Shown here one piece after another: positions 1 to 9,427 of a stretch of DNA of 64,000 nt (within the stretch, counting starts at the first letter, position 1; each line of letters opens with the position of its first letter). The notes under the pieces were generated by a model that had not been told where the DNA came from, did no database searches, and saw nothing but the letters and a program-made list of their open reading frames with translations. Origin of the DNA: an uncultured bacterium (GTDB taxonomy: Bacteria; CSSED10-310; CAZUFC01); the NCBI GenBank assembly GCA_964619725.1, contig CAZUFC010000004.1:64001-128000 (forward strand). The letters run 5' to 3'. The position numbers and the translations under genes are program-made.

Positions 1-2
1 TT

Positions 3-107
3 GAAGATTTGTTGTCCGACAAGCAAATCGAGTTAGAAAAAGAAAGACCTGTTCGTTTCGCGATGGATAAATTCCTTTATTTCAATGCATATGAAGAGAA
101 GGAGTGA
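3..107 (+). CDS. 3' end of an unidentified gene running in from the window edge
   Basis: Open frame EDLLSDKQIELEKERPVRFAMDKFLYFNAYEEKE* ending 3 nt before the next ATG. Confidence 0.5.
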   Translation, partial: EDLLSDKQIELEKERPVRFAMDKFLYFNAYEEKE

Positions 108-110
108 AAA

Positions 111-398
111 ATGAACTCAAAGGTCACAACAGTGGAAGGTGAAAACAAAGGTTCGGTTATGCTTTTTGCCTTAAGTACCTGTGTGTGGTGTAAAAAAACG
201 AAAAAATTTCTGAATGAATTGGGCATCCGATACAAATACGTTGACGTGGATAAATTAGATGTAAACGAAAAAGCCGATACCATGAATGAGTTAAGTAGGT
301 TCAATCCTCGATGCTCTTTTCCTACATTGGTTGTGGATGACGAGAAATGCATCGTCGGATATGATGCTGTCAAAATAAAAGAATCTCTTGGAAAATAA
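111..398 (+). CDS. Glutaredoxin / NrdH-like redoxin
   Basis: CVWC active-site motif, cis-Pro motif SFPT, IVGYD, 95 aa; RBS AAGGAG upstream. Confidence 0.9.
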   Translation: MNSKVTTVEGENKGSVMLFALSTCVWCKKTKKFLNELGIRYKYVDVDKLDVNEKADTMNELSRFNPRCSFPTLVVDDEKCIVGYDAVKIKESLGK

Positions 399-424
399 AC
401 TTCAAAGATTAATTTCCCGCAAGT

Positions 425-479
425 AAAGTCGACAACCGCTCGCCGGACATTGAGCCTGCGGTTGTCGACTTTCATTTTT
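425..479 (+). terminator. Long stem-loop, probable intrinsic terminator after the glutaredoxin
   Basis: Perfect 15-bp inverted repeat AAAGTCGACAACCGC (425-439) / GCGGTTGTCGACTTT (458-472), followed by CATTTTT. Confidence 0.65.
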
Positions 480-686
480 CAACAATTTTTCAAATTTTCT
501 GAAATTATTTGGAAAATTGATTGGAAATATTCGACTGGTTGTGCTATGATTTTTTTGTAACTTAAGAGATGATCGGATATTTCCGTTCTTTTGCTTTTGA
601 AACCAGGAAGATTTGGGGACTTTCTTTGCTGAGTTCAGGGAATGAAGGATGAGATGAGCTTTAATGAAAAATGAGAGAAATCGGAC

Positions 687-2423
687 ATGGAAAAAAAGGT
701 TCAGAAAAAGCAGGAAAAAAACGAAGGAAACTTAAAGAAAAATTCTCCTGACGGGCGCTTGCCGGGAAATAATTCCAGTTCATGGTTAACGAGCCGTTAT
801 GCTCAGAAATATTTGGATATCGCCGGCGCAATAATAGTGATTATTGACCCGAACGGAGAAATTTCGCTGATCAATCAAAAGGGCTGTAAGATTCTGGGCG
901 CGAAAAAAGAAGAGTTAATCGGCAAGAATTGGTTCGATATGTTTATTCCGAAGCGCCTTAACAAAAAAGTTAAAAAAGTCTTTAATGAGCTGATGAAGAA
1001 TCCGGATGAAAAACATCAGCATTACGTCAACCCTATTATTGATGCTGCGGGAAAAGAACGTTTAATTTCATGGAGAAATACGATCCTTTTCGATGCAGAA
1101 GGAAATGTCGCGGGTTCATTGAGCTCAGGAGAGGATATTACGAATATAAAAGAAGCCGAGTTGGCTTCGAGAATCTATGCCGAGAAACTTGAAGCGATGC
1201 GCCGGATTGATCGGGTTATTTTGGAGGCTGAAACGAAAGAGGAAATGGCGCAATCAAGTTTGCTGCAGGTTGATCAACTATTGCCTTATGACAGAGCTTG
1301 TATAATGCTGTTTGATTTGAAAAAAAACAAGGCTGAGGTTATCGCATCAGTCGCTAAAAAAGATATGATCCCGGAAGACCGGATCAGCATGAACGATTTA
1401 GATTTCATTTCCGATTTGTCTGATGGAAAGCCTGTTCTGAAAAAAAACATCAGGAATGTTTCATGCGTATCTCCCTATTTTGTAAAAACTTACCGTCAAG
1501 GCATCAGATCATTCGTCTTATCGCCTTTAATTTATCACGGTGCATTGCTTGGAGCGTTATCCCTGCAAAGCAAAACACCCAGTACTTTTAAGGTTGATAA
1601 CCTCGGATTACTCAAAGACCTGACTGACCATTTGGCCATTGCCGTTAAACAGTCCTCTTTGCATGAAACTCTCGAAAAAAATGCCGTATTGCTTAAAACT
1701 AAAGTGCAACAAAGAACTGCGCAACTCAAAAAAAGAAATACTGAACTCGAAGCTTTCGCCGCTTCAGTTTCTCATGATTTGAGAGCTCCTTTAAGAGCTA
1801 TCAGAATTTTTTGTCAACTGCTCAGCGCTGACTGTAAAAAAAATTTGAACGAAAAAGGAATACGGCATCTTGAGGGCATCTCAAGATCAGCCGAATATAT
1901 GGATGAACTTATTCAAGACCTGATGGAATACAGCCGCTTGGCTTTAGATCAAGTGAAACTGACTCCCCTCAAACCAGATAAAATCCTGGATGACGTCATT
2001 TGTCAATTAAAACCAGATATCGAAATGAAAAATGCCGAAATTATCATTCGTAAACCGCTCCCTGAAATTTACGGTCAGAAAACTGTTTTATCGCAAATCT
2101 TCTTCAATCTCATCGGTAATTCGCTGAAATTCGTCGAACCGAGTGAAAAACCCTTAATCAAGGTCTGGGCTGACGACGATAATGACTCCGTTCGATTCTG
2201 GCTTCAGGATAACGGCATTGGTATCGATAATAAATATTTCCATAAAATTTTCAACGTCTTTGAGAGATTAAATCCTCAAAGCGAATATCCCGGAACTGGG
2301 ATCGGATTAGCGCTAGTCAAAAAAGGAATGGACAGATTGGGTGGAAAAGTGGAGGTCTATTCGGAAGTTGGAAAAGGCACCAAATTCGGACTTGAATTAA
2401 AAAAGCCTTCCGCTCCTCTTTAA
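687..2423 (+). CDS. Soluble PAS-GAF sensor histidine kinase
   Basis: PAS (GKNWFDMFIP...ERLISWRN...GEDIT), GAF, H-box SVSHDLRAPL, N-box NLIGNSLKF, DNGIGI, GTGIGL. Confidence 0.92.
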   Translation: MEKKVQKKQEKNEGNLKKNSPDGRLPGNNSSSWLTSRYAQKYLDIAGAIIVIIDPNGEISLINQKGCKILGAKKEELIGKNWFDMFIPKRLNKKVKKVFNELMKNPDEKHQHYVNPIIDAAGKERLISWRNTILFDAEGNVAGSLSSGEDITNIKEAELASRIYAEKLEAMRRIDRVILEAETKEEMAQSSLLQVDQLLPYDRACIMLFDLKKNKAEVIASVAKKDMIPEDRISMNDLDFISDLSDGKPVLKKNIRNVSCVSPYFVKTYRQGIRSFVLSPLIYHGALLGALSLQSKTPSTFKVDNLGLLKDLTDHLAIAVKQSSLHETLEKNAVLLKTKVQQRTAQLKKRNTELEAFAASVSHDLRAPLRAIRIFCQLLSADCKKNLNEKGIRHLEGISRSAEYMDELIQDLMEYSRLALDQVKLTPLKPDKILDDVICQLKPDIEMKNAEIIIRKPLPEIYGQKTVLSQIFFNLIGNSLKFVEPSEKPLIKVWADDDNDSVRFWLQDNGIGIDNKYFHKIFNVFERLNPQSEYPGTGIGLALVKKGMDRLGGKVEVYSEVGKGTKFGLELKKPSAPL

Positions 2424-2628
2424 GTTCCACTCGCCTCGCTTGTCATTATCAATCAAGAAGTCCCCGGATGCCTGAAAAATAAGCTTTGCAGCCCCAGCAC
2501 GCAACGTCTTTTATTGAGCATTCCTGAAATCAGAAGATTCTCGTCTTTCATTCATTGATGTTTCAACAAGAGCGCTTGACCAGGGAATTTTCATACTTTT
2601 TCTGCAGTCCGATAAGCAACGGACAAAT

Positions 2629-2657
2629 TTGACAAAGCGGCAATTATCTGGTAAAAA
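2629..2657 (+). promoter_or_regulatory. Sigma70-type promoter
   Basis: TTGACA-17 nt-TAAAAA with an extended TG, upstream of the kinase operon. Confidence 0.55.
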
Positions 2658-2891
2658 TAGTAATTGTGGCAAAACCGGAAGCCCCTGCGGCTTCCTTTGA
2701 GCCGGGGTTGCATTTTTTTAAGGTAAGGGACGGGTTGGGAATCCACTTAATTATTCAATAGACAGCAGCCAGTTTTTTCTGAAGTGCATTTTTGGAAAAA
2801 CAAAAGCGAAATTCAGGAGCTGCATGTGGAAAAAGACAAGAGAGGGGGAAGGTTGAGCGAGCGAGGCCGGGGAGTAAGAGAAGAGATAAAT

Positions 2892-4628
2892 ATGGAAGAG
2901 GCGCTTGGCGATGAGAGCAATCGAGATATTTCATATTTATGGGATATTTCTCGTGTTCTTGGTGCGGAGTATAATTCACGGGAATTTTTAAATAAGGTAT
3001 TGGAACAGGTAGTAAAGTATTTGAAAGTTTCCAAGGCGACGATATTGCTGAGGAACAAGAAGGGAAAGTTATCGATCAGAGCATACAAAGGCATGTCTCC
3101 GGATTTGGCGGAGAAGGTAAGCGTCACGCCTGGGGACAGGATAGCGGGGTGGGTATATGAAACAGGCAATCCTTTATTGATCCGGGACATAGAAAAGGAC
3201 CCCCGATTCGGGAAGCCTTCAGGCCGAAGGTATAAGAGCCGATCGTTTTTATGTTATCCGTTAAAAACGCGAAGTCGAGTAATAGGCGTAATAAATGTAA
3301 ACGACAAAACCAACGGAGAGTCTTTTAATGACTATGATCTGCATTTACTTGGAATAATAGCGACAGAAGCAGGAATGCGGCTTGAGACGATATCGTTGCA
3401 TAACCGTCTTATGGTAACGATAAGGTCTCTGAAGAAGAGCAATTTCAAGCATCTGAAAGAAAGGCGACGTCTGGAGTCATTGATCAACAACATATCTGAT
3501 GCATTAGTGCTTAAAAATTCTCAGGGCCGGATAGTATTAAAGAACGATACGGCTGAGGAATTGTTGTTTCAGAGTCACCGGAGTACAAAAAGGATTACGA
3601 TTCCACAAAGCAAAAAGGATATGCCTTTGGAATGCGATAATTTTACGGACAATGAATTTCGGCGATTGCTGGAGAGTCATGTGGGAAGATTGAGGAGGGG
3701 CGAATTAAAAATTTCGGAGGAATTTGAAACATACGACAAAAATAAGGGTAAGGTTCATTTGCTTGTTTTAAGCACGGTGATAAAGAAGAACGACGCGAGA
3801 GTGCAAAATTATCTTCATTTGATTCGAGACATAAGCATTGAAAAGGAGACGGAGGAAAAAAAGCAAGAGTTCATTTCATTAATATCTCATGAACTGCGAA
3901 CGCCTTTGACTCCCCTTAAGACCTATATGACTCTTTTGCTTGAAGGTTCCATGGGTCGTTTGAATGAGGCGGCGCACGAGACGCTTGAAATTATGATGGG
4001 ACAATTGAGAAGGTTGGAGTTGGAGATCAAGAATTTACTTTTCATATCGAATCTCAATTCAGATGATGTTGTACCATTTTGGGAAGAAGTCGAGTTAAAC
4101 GCATTGGTAAAGGAAACTTTAGAGAAGTATGAATTTTTGGGCAGGCAACGAGGGATAAATTTTCAGTTGAAGTCCAATTCGGAGCGAGTAATCATCAGGT
4201 CAGACCCCAAACTGATTTCGATAATATTGGCTAATTTGCTTGCTAACGGAATAAAATTCAGCTCGAAGGGCGAAAACATCAATATCACGATAACCGATGG
4301 AGACAAGTATGGAGATGAGATCGACGGAAAAATGGATCAATTGGAAGAGGATTCGGTATACATTTGCATAGAAGATCAGGGAATAGGCATACCCAGGAAT
4401 GATCAGGAGAGGATATTCAAAATGTTCGAGCAGGTCGAGTCGCCGCTGACGAGGCGTCATGGGGGCAGCGGTCTGGGTTTATACATCGTAAGACGCCTGA
4501 CCGAGATTTGCGGCGGTCGTATTTGGGTCAACAGCCGTATGGGAAGAGGTAGTCGATTTTTTTTAATGTTTCACAAACAGAGGAAAAGTAATTATGCAAA
4601 AGAATGCGGAACAATTTGTTCAAAATAA
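2892..4628 (+). CDS. Soluble GAF-PAS sensor histidine kinase
   Basis: GAF (IAGWVYETGNPLLIRDIEKDPRF...SFLCYPL), PAS-like segment, H-box ISHELRTPL, NLLANGIKF, DQGIGI, GSGLGL; ATG 2892 preferred, frame open from 2784. Confidence 0.9.
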   Translation: MEEALGDESNRDISYLWDISRVLGAEYNSREFLNKVLEQVVKYLKVSKATILLRNKKGKLSIRAYKGMSPDLAEKVSVTPGDRIAGWVYETGNPLLIRDIEKDPRFGKPSGRRYKSRSFLCYPLKTRSRVIGVINVNDKTNGESFNDYDLHLLGIIATEAGMRLETISLHNRLMVTIRSLKKSNFKHLKERRRLESLINNISDALVLKNSQGRIVLKNDTAEELLFQSHRSTKRITIPQSKKDMPLECDNFTDNEFRRLLESHVGRLRRGELKISEEFETYDKNKGKVHLLVLSTVIKKNDARVQNYLHLIRDISIEKETEEKKQEFISLISHELRTPLTPLKTYMTLLLEGSMGRLNEAAHETLEIMMGQLRRLELEIKNLLFISNLNSDDVVPFWEEVELNALVKETLEKYEFLGRQRGINFQLKSNSERVIIRSDPKLISIILANLLANGIKFSSKGENINITITDGDKYGDEIDGKMDQLEEDSVYICIEDQGIGIPRNDQERIFKMFEQVESPLTRRHGGSGLGLYIVRRLTEICGGRIWVNSRMGRGSRFFLMFHKQRKSNYAKECGTICSK

Positions 4629-5370
4629 TAAGATTTTGACGAGTTCGCTGAAAAGAGCCGGAATACAGTTTAAAAAAAAGAAGCAGGAGAGTTTTGATTA
4701 TGCTGCTGCTTTAGCCCATGAAATCAGAACGCCTTTAAGCGCCGTCAGGATAATGGTTCAAATGTTGATAAGAGAAACGCTCGGCCCGTTGAACAGCGAC
4801 CAGAAACAGACCGTCGGGGATGTAATGAGCGGTATCGACCGGGTCCTCCGCATGATCAACGGGATGCTGGAATTGGCTCAGATCGATTCCGGCATGTTCG
4901 ATTTAAAGAAAGAGGTTGTGTTGGTTGATGAAGTGCTCAAAGAGGTGAATCAACTTTTGCAGCCGCAAGCTGAAGAAAAGCAGATCGATATTCATATTCC
5001 ATCCACCGGAGCGCTGGTAAAAGCAGACCGGGATAAACTCATTCAAATTCTGACGAATCTGGTTAACAACTCCATCAAGTATACGCCAAAGGGAGGAAGG
5101 ATATTTCTTTCCGGAAAGTCTGAAGGCAAACATTTCGTTTTTTCAGTTAAGGATACGGGATATGGATTAAGCGAAAAGGAAAAGAAGGAGATTTTCAAAC
5201 AATTCGTAAGAGCGAAAAGGGCGAAAGAGCAGGGAATCAGGGGGGCAGGCCTTGGATTGACTATTGCGCAAAGGCTGATAGAACTCCACGGAGGAAATAT
5301 CAGGGTTGAAAGCAGGGAAGGCGAGGGCTGCGAATTCCTGTTTACCGTGGATCAGAAAAAGGTAAATTAG
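4594..5370 (+). CDS. Minimal histidine kinase (HisKA plus HATPase, no sensor domain)
   Basis: LAHEIRTPL, NLVNNSIKYT, DTGYGL, GAGLGL; overlaps the upstream kinase. Confidence 0.9.
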   Translation: MQKNAEQFVQNNKILTSSLKRAGIQFKKKKQESFDYAAALAHEIRTPLSAVRIMVQMLIRETLGPLNSDQKQTVGDVMSGIDRVLRMINGMLELAQIDSGMFDLKKEVVLVDEVLKEVNQLLQPQAEEKQIDIHIPSTGALVKADRDKLIQILTNLVNNSIKYTPKGGRIFLSGKSEGKHFVFSVKDTGYGLSEKEKKEIFKQFVRAKRAKEQGIRGAGLGLTIAQRLIELHGGNIRVESREGEGCEFLFTVDQKKVN

Positions 5371-5377
5371 GAGGAAA

Positions 5378-5788
5378 ATGATGTTGAAAAAGAAAGTCTT
5401 GATAATTGATGATGAAAAATTGATTTTGAAAGCAACTCAGTTAGTGCTCAATTCTTATGGTTACGAAGTGGCGACAAGCGTCGACGGTGAAGATGGTTTG
5501 AAAAAAGCCCGTTCTTATTCTCCTGATGTTGTTCTACTGGACATTATGATGCCGGGAATGGACGGATGGCAAACGCTTCGCCGTATGAAGTCCGATCCTC
5601 AAACAGCGGATATTCCCGTCATTATTTTCACGGCCAAGGAATATTTCAGAGGCAGAGAGCTGAGCAGACAGGCCGGTGCGGCGGAGTACATCAGCAAACC
5701 TTTTGAAGCTGAGGATTTGATTGAGACCATCGATCAAATACTGAATAAAAACCGTACGGAGAAAAAGGCCGTGGCCATGGACAAATAG
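5378..5788 (+). CDS. Single-domain response regulator (receiver only)
   Basis: IIDDE, LLDIMMPGMDG, FTAK, KPF; RBS GGAGG. Confidence 0.93.
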   Translation: MMLKKKVLIIDDEKLILKATQLVLNSYGYEVATSVDGEDGLKKARSYSPDVVLLDIMMPGMDGWQTLRRMKSDPQTADIPVIIFTAKEYFRGRELSRQAGAAEYISKPFEAEDLIETIDQILNKNRTEKKAVAMDK

Positions 5789-5840
5789 ATGCGCCTTTAT
5801 TTCGTTGATAAGTTTCCAAGCCTTTAAGGGAGGTTGAATT

Positions 5841-6887
5841 GTGCTTCAAATGAAGACTAATTATATGAAGGAAAATGTTCTTGAAAAGCTCCCCCTCGGT
5901 ATCATTATTTGTGAAAACGGCGGAAGAGTTTTATTCGCTAATGCCGAAGCGCGCCGGCTGTTTCAAAACAACGGTAGCGAAAATGCAGACGAACTTCCGT
6001 TTGAAATGACCAAAAAATCGCAACTCGCCAAATTGTTTCGCGCCGTTGATTCAAATTCGAATAATAAACGACGGACCATCGAATTCCTGAAAAATGATCG
6101 CTATCTGAAAGTGACAGTCGATCTGTTGAACGATGAAGATGCGGACCATTGTCACTTCCTTCTCATAATTCAGGATGTGACATATGTGAAAGAACTGGAG
6201 AATGTAAAGGCGGATTTCGTCCTCTCTACTCTCCATAAGTTAAGAACTCCCTTGACTACCGTAAAAACGGGCCTTGATTTTCTCCTTAAATCTCAGAATC
6301 TCTCCCTGACTGAACAGGTTAAAGAGATTATATCGATGTGCCGAACTGAAACCAATCGATTGACCTTTTTCCTGAATGACCTGCGGGACCTTTTCGTTAT
6401 AGAGAGCGATACGGCGAAAAAATACCTTTCTCCAGAACCGGTCGCAGTCAGACGAATCATTCAAAAAGCTTTAGCTGCCGTCAAACCCCTTATCCTGGAA
6501 AAAAAATTAGTCGTCAAAAACCAGGTTGAAGACTCAGGCGAATATATCACCGTGGATCGCGAAGCCGTCTATCGCGTCGTCGAAAATATCCTTCAAAACG
6601 CTGCCGTCTTCACTCGGGAATTCGGCATCATTACTTTGTCTCTTAATGATGAAGAATCTCATGTCAGATTGTCGATTGCTGATACAGGAATAGGAATTTC
6701 CAAGACCGAAATAAATAAAATCTTTGAAAAATTTTACAGAGTCGATAACGAGATTACCAGAAAAACGATCGGATACGGACTGGGTTTATACATCAGCAAA
6801 AAAATGATTGAATTGATGGACGGGAATATTTATGCCTACAGCGTTGCAGACAAAGGCTCACAGTTTGATCTGCTCTTGCCGAAATAA
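5841..6887 (+). CDS. PAS-domain histidine kinase-like protein with an atypical H-box
   Basis: PAS (LPLGII..ANAEA..IQDVT), H-box LHKLRTPL, NILQNA, DTGIGI, GYGLGL. Confidence 0.88.
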   Translation: MLQMKTNYMKENVLEKLPLGIIICENGGRVLFANAEARRLFQNNGSENADELPFEMTKKSQLAKLFRAVDSNSNNKRRTIEFLKNDRYLKVTVDLLNDEDADHCHFLLIIQDVTYVKELENVKADFVLSTLHKLRTPLTTVKTGLDFLLKSQNLSLTEQVKEIISMCRTETNRLTFFLNDLRDLFVIESDTAKKYLSPEPVAVRRIIQKALAAVKPLILEKKLVVKNQVEDSGEYITVDREAVYRVVENILQNAAVFTREFGIITLSLNDEESHVRLSIADTGIGISKTEINKIFEKFYRVDNEITRKTIGYGLGLYISKKMIELMDGNIYAYSVADKGSQFDLLLPK

Positions 6888-6957
6888 CTACTTTCAGGCC
6901 TTTGTTTTTCATCCCCAACGCGTTACAAACCGAAACCGCAGGAACTAAAAAGCAACC

Positions 6958-7617
6958 CTAATCTTCTCCCATCTCTAAAAAAGGCCGGAAAGGCTGATAA
7001 CGCCGGCGTTCGATCCTCCTGTCTGTCATACTTCCGATTATGTCGATATATCTAAAAATCTCCCTGTTACGTCGCAACTCATACATTCCGGAAGAATGGA
7101 ACCATTCATAAGCCCTTTCCTTACTGGAAAATCGGCTTTGAAATTTGCCCGTCTTCAGAAAATCAATACTGACGTTTGTTCCGCTCTTTTTTACGTAATC
7201 TTCCAATTCCTCCAATTCGCTTCTATACTCTTCGGTATAAAGCACGCGCAACTCCATTCTTTCCTCAGAAGCCAAAAACAATCCTGCCCATATTACTCCT
7301 TCGCTTCCGATTCGCCTGCTTAATCCCTTCCCAAACTCTGACTGACTGATAATCAACGCCTTTAGCTCCCATAAATAACTGAATTTCTTATTCAATGAAA
7401 AATACTTCGTCTTTCCCTTCTTGCGCGAAACAAGCAATCCGGCGTCAACCAGTCGGTATATCTCCCGGCTCACATTTTGATAATCCTCTTCCGTCGCCCT
7501 GGACATCTCACGTAAATAAAAAGGCTTGCCGGGATTAAGGAAGAACATTTCCAATATTTTTAATCTTATCCTGGATGTGATTATTTTTGAAAGCGATTCA
7601 TAACCCATATTTTCCAC
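6958..7617 (-). CDS. Winged-helix (ArsR-like) DNA-binding protein with a degenerate C-terminal domain
   Basis: SRIRLKILEMFFLNPGKPFYLREMSR...VSREIYRLVDAGLL...GKTKYFSLN pattern. Confidence 0.7.
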   Translation of the reverse strand: MENMGYESLSKIITSRIRLKILEMFFLNPGKPFYLREMSRATEEDYQNVSREIYRLVDAGLLVSRKKGKTKYFSLNKKFSYLWELKALIISQSEFGKGLSRRIGSEGVIWAGLFLASEERMELRVLYTEEYRSELEELEDYVKKSGTNVSIDFLKTGKFQSRFSSKERAYEWFHSSGMYELRRNREIFRYIDIIGSMTDRRIERRRYQPFRPFLEMGED

Positions 7618-7834
7618 TCCATTCCACGACGTTTAAGCTTCATTAAGGACGATACACGATTATCAGAGTAAGGTCAATGCCTTACTGACTCAAATGTTTG
7701 CAAAGGGTGATAAGGCCTTTTTTGAAGTTCAAAGCTCCTTTTTCAATTATGCGGTTCTCGGGCTGCACAGGTACGAAATCAGCGGGGGCAGCGCGAAAGT
7801 TCCGGCAAAGAGCTGTAAAAATATGAAAAAAAAT

Positions 7835-7863
7835 TTGACATTTTTTCAATAACAAATTATAAA
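7835..7863 (+). promoter_or_regulatory. Sigma70-type promoter
   Basis: TTGACA-17 nt-TATAAA with an A-rich UP-like tract. Confidence 0.65.
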
Positions 7864-7908
7864 AAAAATGTTGAAGGAAAACCTTCGACCAAAGATGGAA
7901 GGAAAAAA

Positions 7909-8388
7909 ATGGCAAGCCTGACAATCGAAGCTGAGACGCTCGATATTTTATTGATTGAGGACGATGAAAACGATGTCCAGTTTTTAAAAAGGGCTCTCAG
8001 ATCAAGAGACATAAAAAACAGGATACGATCGGTTGCCGACGGGGAAGAGGCGTTGGATTATATTTTCCATCGCGGTCAGTATTCGGATGTGAATCTTTAT
8101 CCAATGCCCGGCCTTGTTTTGCTGGATTTGAACATACCCAAGTTAGACGGTGTCGATATCCTCCGCATTGTGAAGAAGGATTCTAGGCTGAAGACGATAC
8201 CGATCATAGTACTCAGCACTTCCAGCCAGAAGGAAGATATACGGAATTGTTACAAGGTGGGAGTCAACAGTTACGTGGTTAAACCAACGGATTTCGGCGA
8301 ATTCAAGAGGGTGATCGGTGATCTTGCGAATTACTGGTTATCGATGAATCGTCTTCCTGATATTTTCAGAAAGCAACTGGAAAACTGA
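7909..8388 (+). CDS. Single-domain response regulator (Rcp1-like subfamily)
   Basis: LLIEDDEND, LLDLNIPKLDG, LSTS, GVNSYVVKP, YWL. Confidence 0.92.
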   Translation: MASLTIEAETLDILLIEDDENDVQFLKRALRSRDIKNRIRSVADGEEALDYIFHRGQYSDVNLYPMPGLVLLDLNIPKLDGVDILRIVKKDSRLKTIPIIVLSTSSQKEDIRNCYKVGVNSYVVKPTDFGEFKRVIGDLANYWLSMNRLPDIFRKQLEN

Positions 8389-8584
8389 AGATAAAGGAAG
8401 GCGGCCGTCGGAGCTGGTAAGCGGAGAAATTTTCAAATGTTCCCCTTTAATTTGCGGTGTCTGTGATAGGCTTAATCAACCGAATTTTAAGGGGAGATTT
8501 AAATTTTGAAGCGCCGAAAGGACAACAAGTTATTGAGCTTCAGAATTTGTTAAATAAGAAATAAAAGAAGAAAAACGTTAAGGA

Positions 8585-9403
8585 TTGCGAGCGGTTATGA
8601 GGAACAGCAAAGCGGGAGACGAACTGGATAAACTTCTTAAAGTTCTATACCGATTAAGGGGACCGCAGGGATGTCCGTGGGACAGAGCTCAGACTCGTGA
8701 ATCGCTGAGAGAGTATATTCTGGAAGAAGCCTACGAACTTTTTGATGCTGTAACAAAAGAGGACGAATCAAAAATCTGCGAAGAGCTGGGTGATTTATTG
8801 CTTCAGATATTGCTGCAGAGTGTAATAGCAGAAGAGATGATGAGTTTTTCGTTAGAAGATGTTGTTAAGAACCTGAAGTTGAAGCTGGTAAGGCGACATC
8901 CTCACGTTTTCAAAGGTGAGACGGCAGATACGGTGGAAGATGTTTTGAAAAAATGGGAGAAGGCGAAGAAGGAAGAAGGCGGCGAGGAAAGCGGCGCTGA
9001 TCCGTTATTCAGGGAATTGCCGGCGGTTATGCCTGCCTTGTTCAAAGCCTATAAAATACAAAAGAAAGCGGCTGGGATCGGATTTGAATGGACAGGGACG
9101 GAGGAGATACTGGCGAAAATCGATGAGGAGGTGGCGGAGGTTAAGCAGGCGCTTCTTTCTGGCGATGAAGAGGATATAAAAGAAGAACTGGGGGATTTGT
9201 TGTTTGCAGTAGTAAGTCTTGCCAGGTACAAAAATATTAATCCGGAGATTTCACTGACAGCTTCAAACCGGAAATTTATTCGTCGATTCAGGCGCATGGT
9301 GGAATTATCCGAGAATTCGGGTTCAGGATTAGAGGAGCTCACTGTCGCAGAGATGGATACTCTGTGGCAAAAATCGAAAGGTTCAAAAAAGGAACAAAAT
9401 TGA
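8585..9403 (+). CDS. mazG: Nucleoside triphosphate pyrophosphohydrolase MazG
   Basis: GCPWDRAQT, EEAYE, EELGDLLLQ, KLVRRHPHVF, second EELGDLLF repeat. Confidence 0.95.
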   Translation: MRAVMRNSKAGDELDKLLKVLYRLRGPQGCPWDRAQTRESLREYILEEAYELFDAVTKEDESKICEELGDLLLQILLQSVIAEEMMSFSLEDVVKNLKLKLVRRHPHVFKGETADTVEDVLKKWEKAKKEEGGEESGADPLFRELPAVMPALFKAYKIQKKAAGIGFEWTGTEEILAKIDEEVAEVKQALLSGDEEDIKEELGDLLFAVVSLARYKNINPEISLTASNRKFIRRFRRMVELSENSGSGLEELTVAEMDTLWQKSKGSKKEQN

Positions 9404-9427
9404 AGGCTGTATGATCACCGGCGCCGG

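Noticed and set aside
611-2469. Imperfect inverted repeats (GGGGACTT / AAGTCCCC cores) flanking the first kinase gene, as possible mobile-element ends
   Set aside because: Only an 8-bp exact core, no target duplication and no transposase; compatible with chance
2660-2712. Leader hairpin with GCAAAACC as a c-di-GMP-I riboswitch
   Set aside because: The GAAA tetraloop/receptor and the second GCAAA stem are missing
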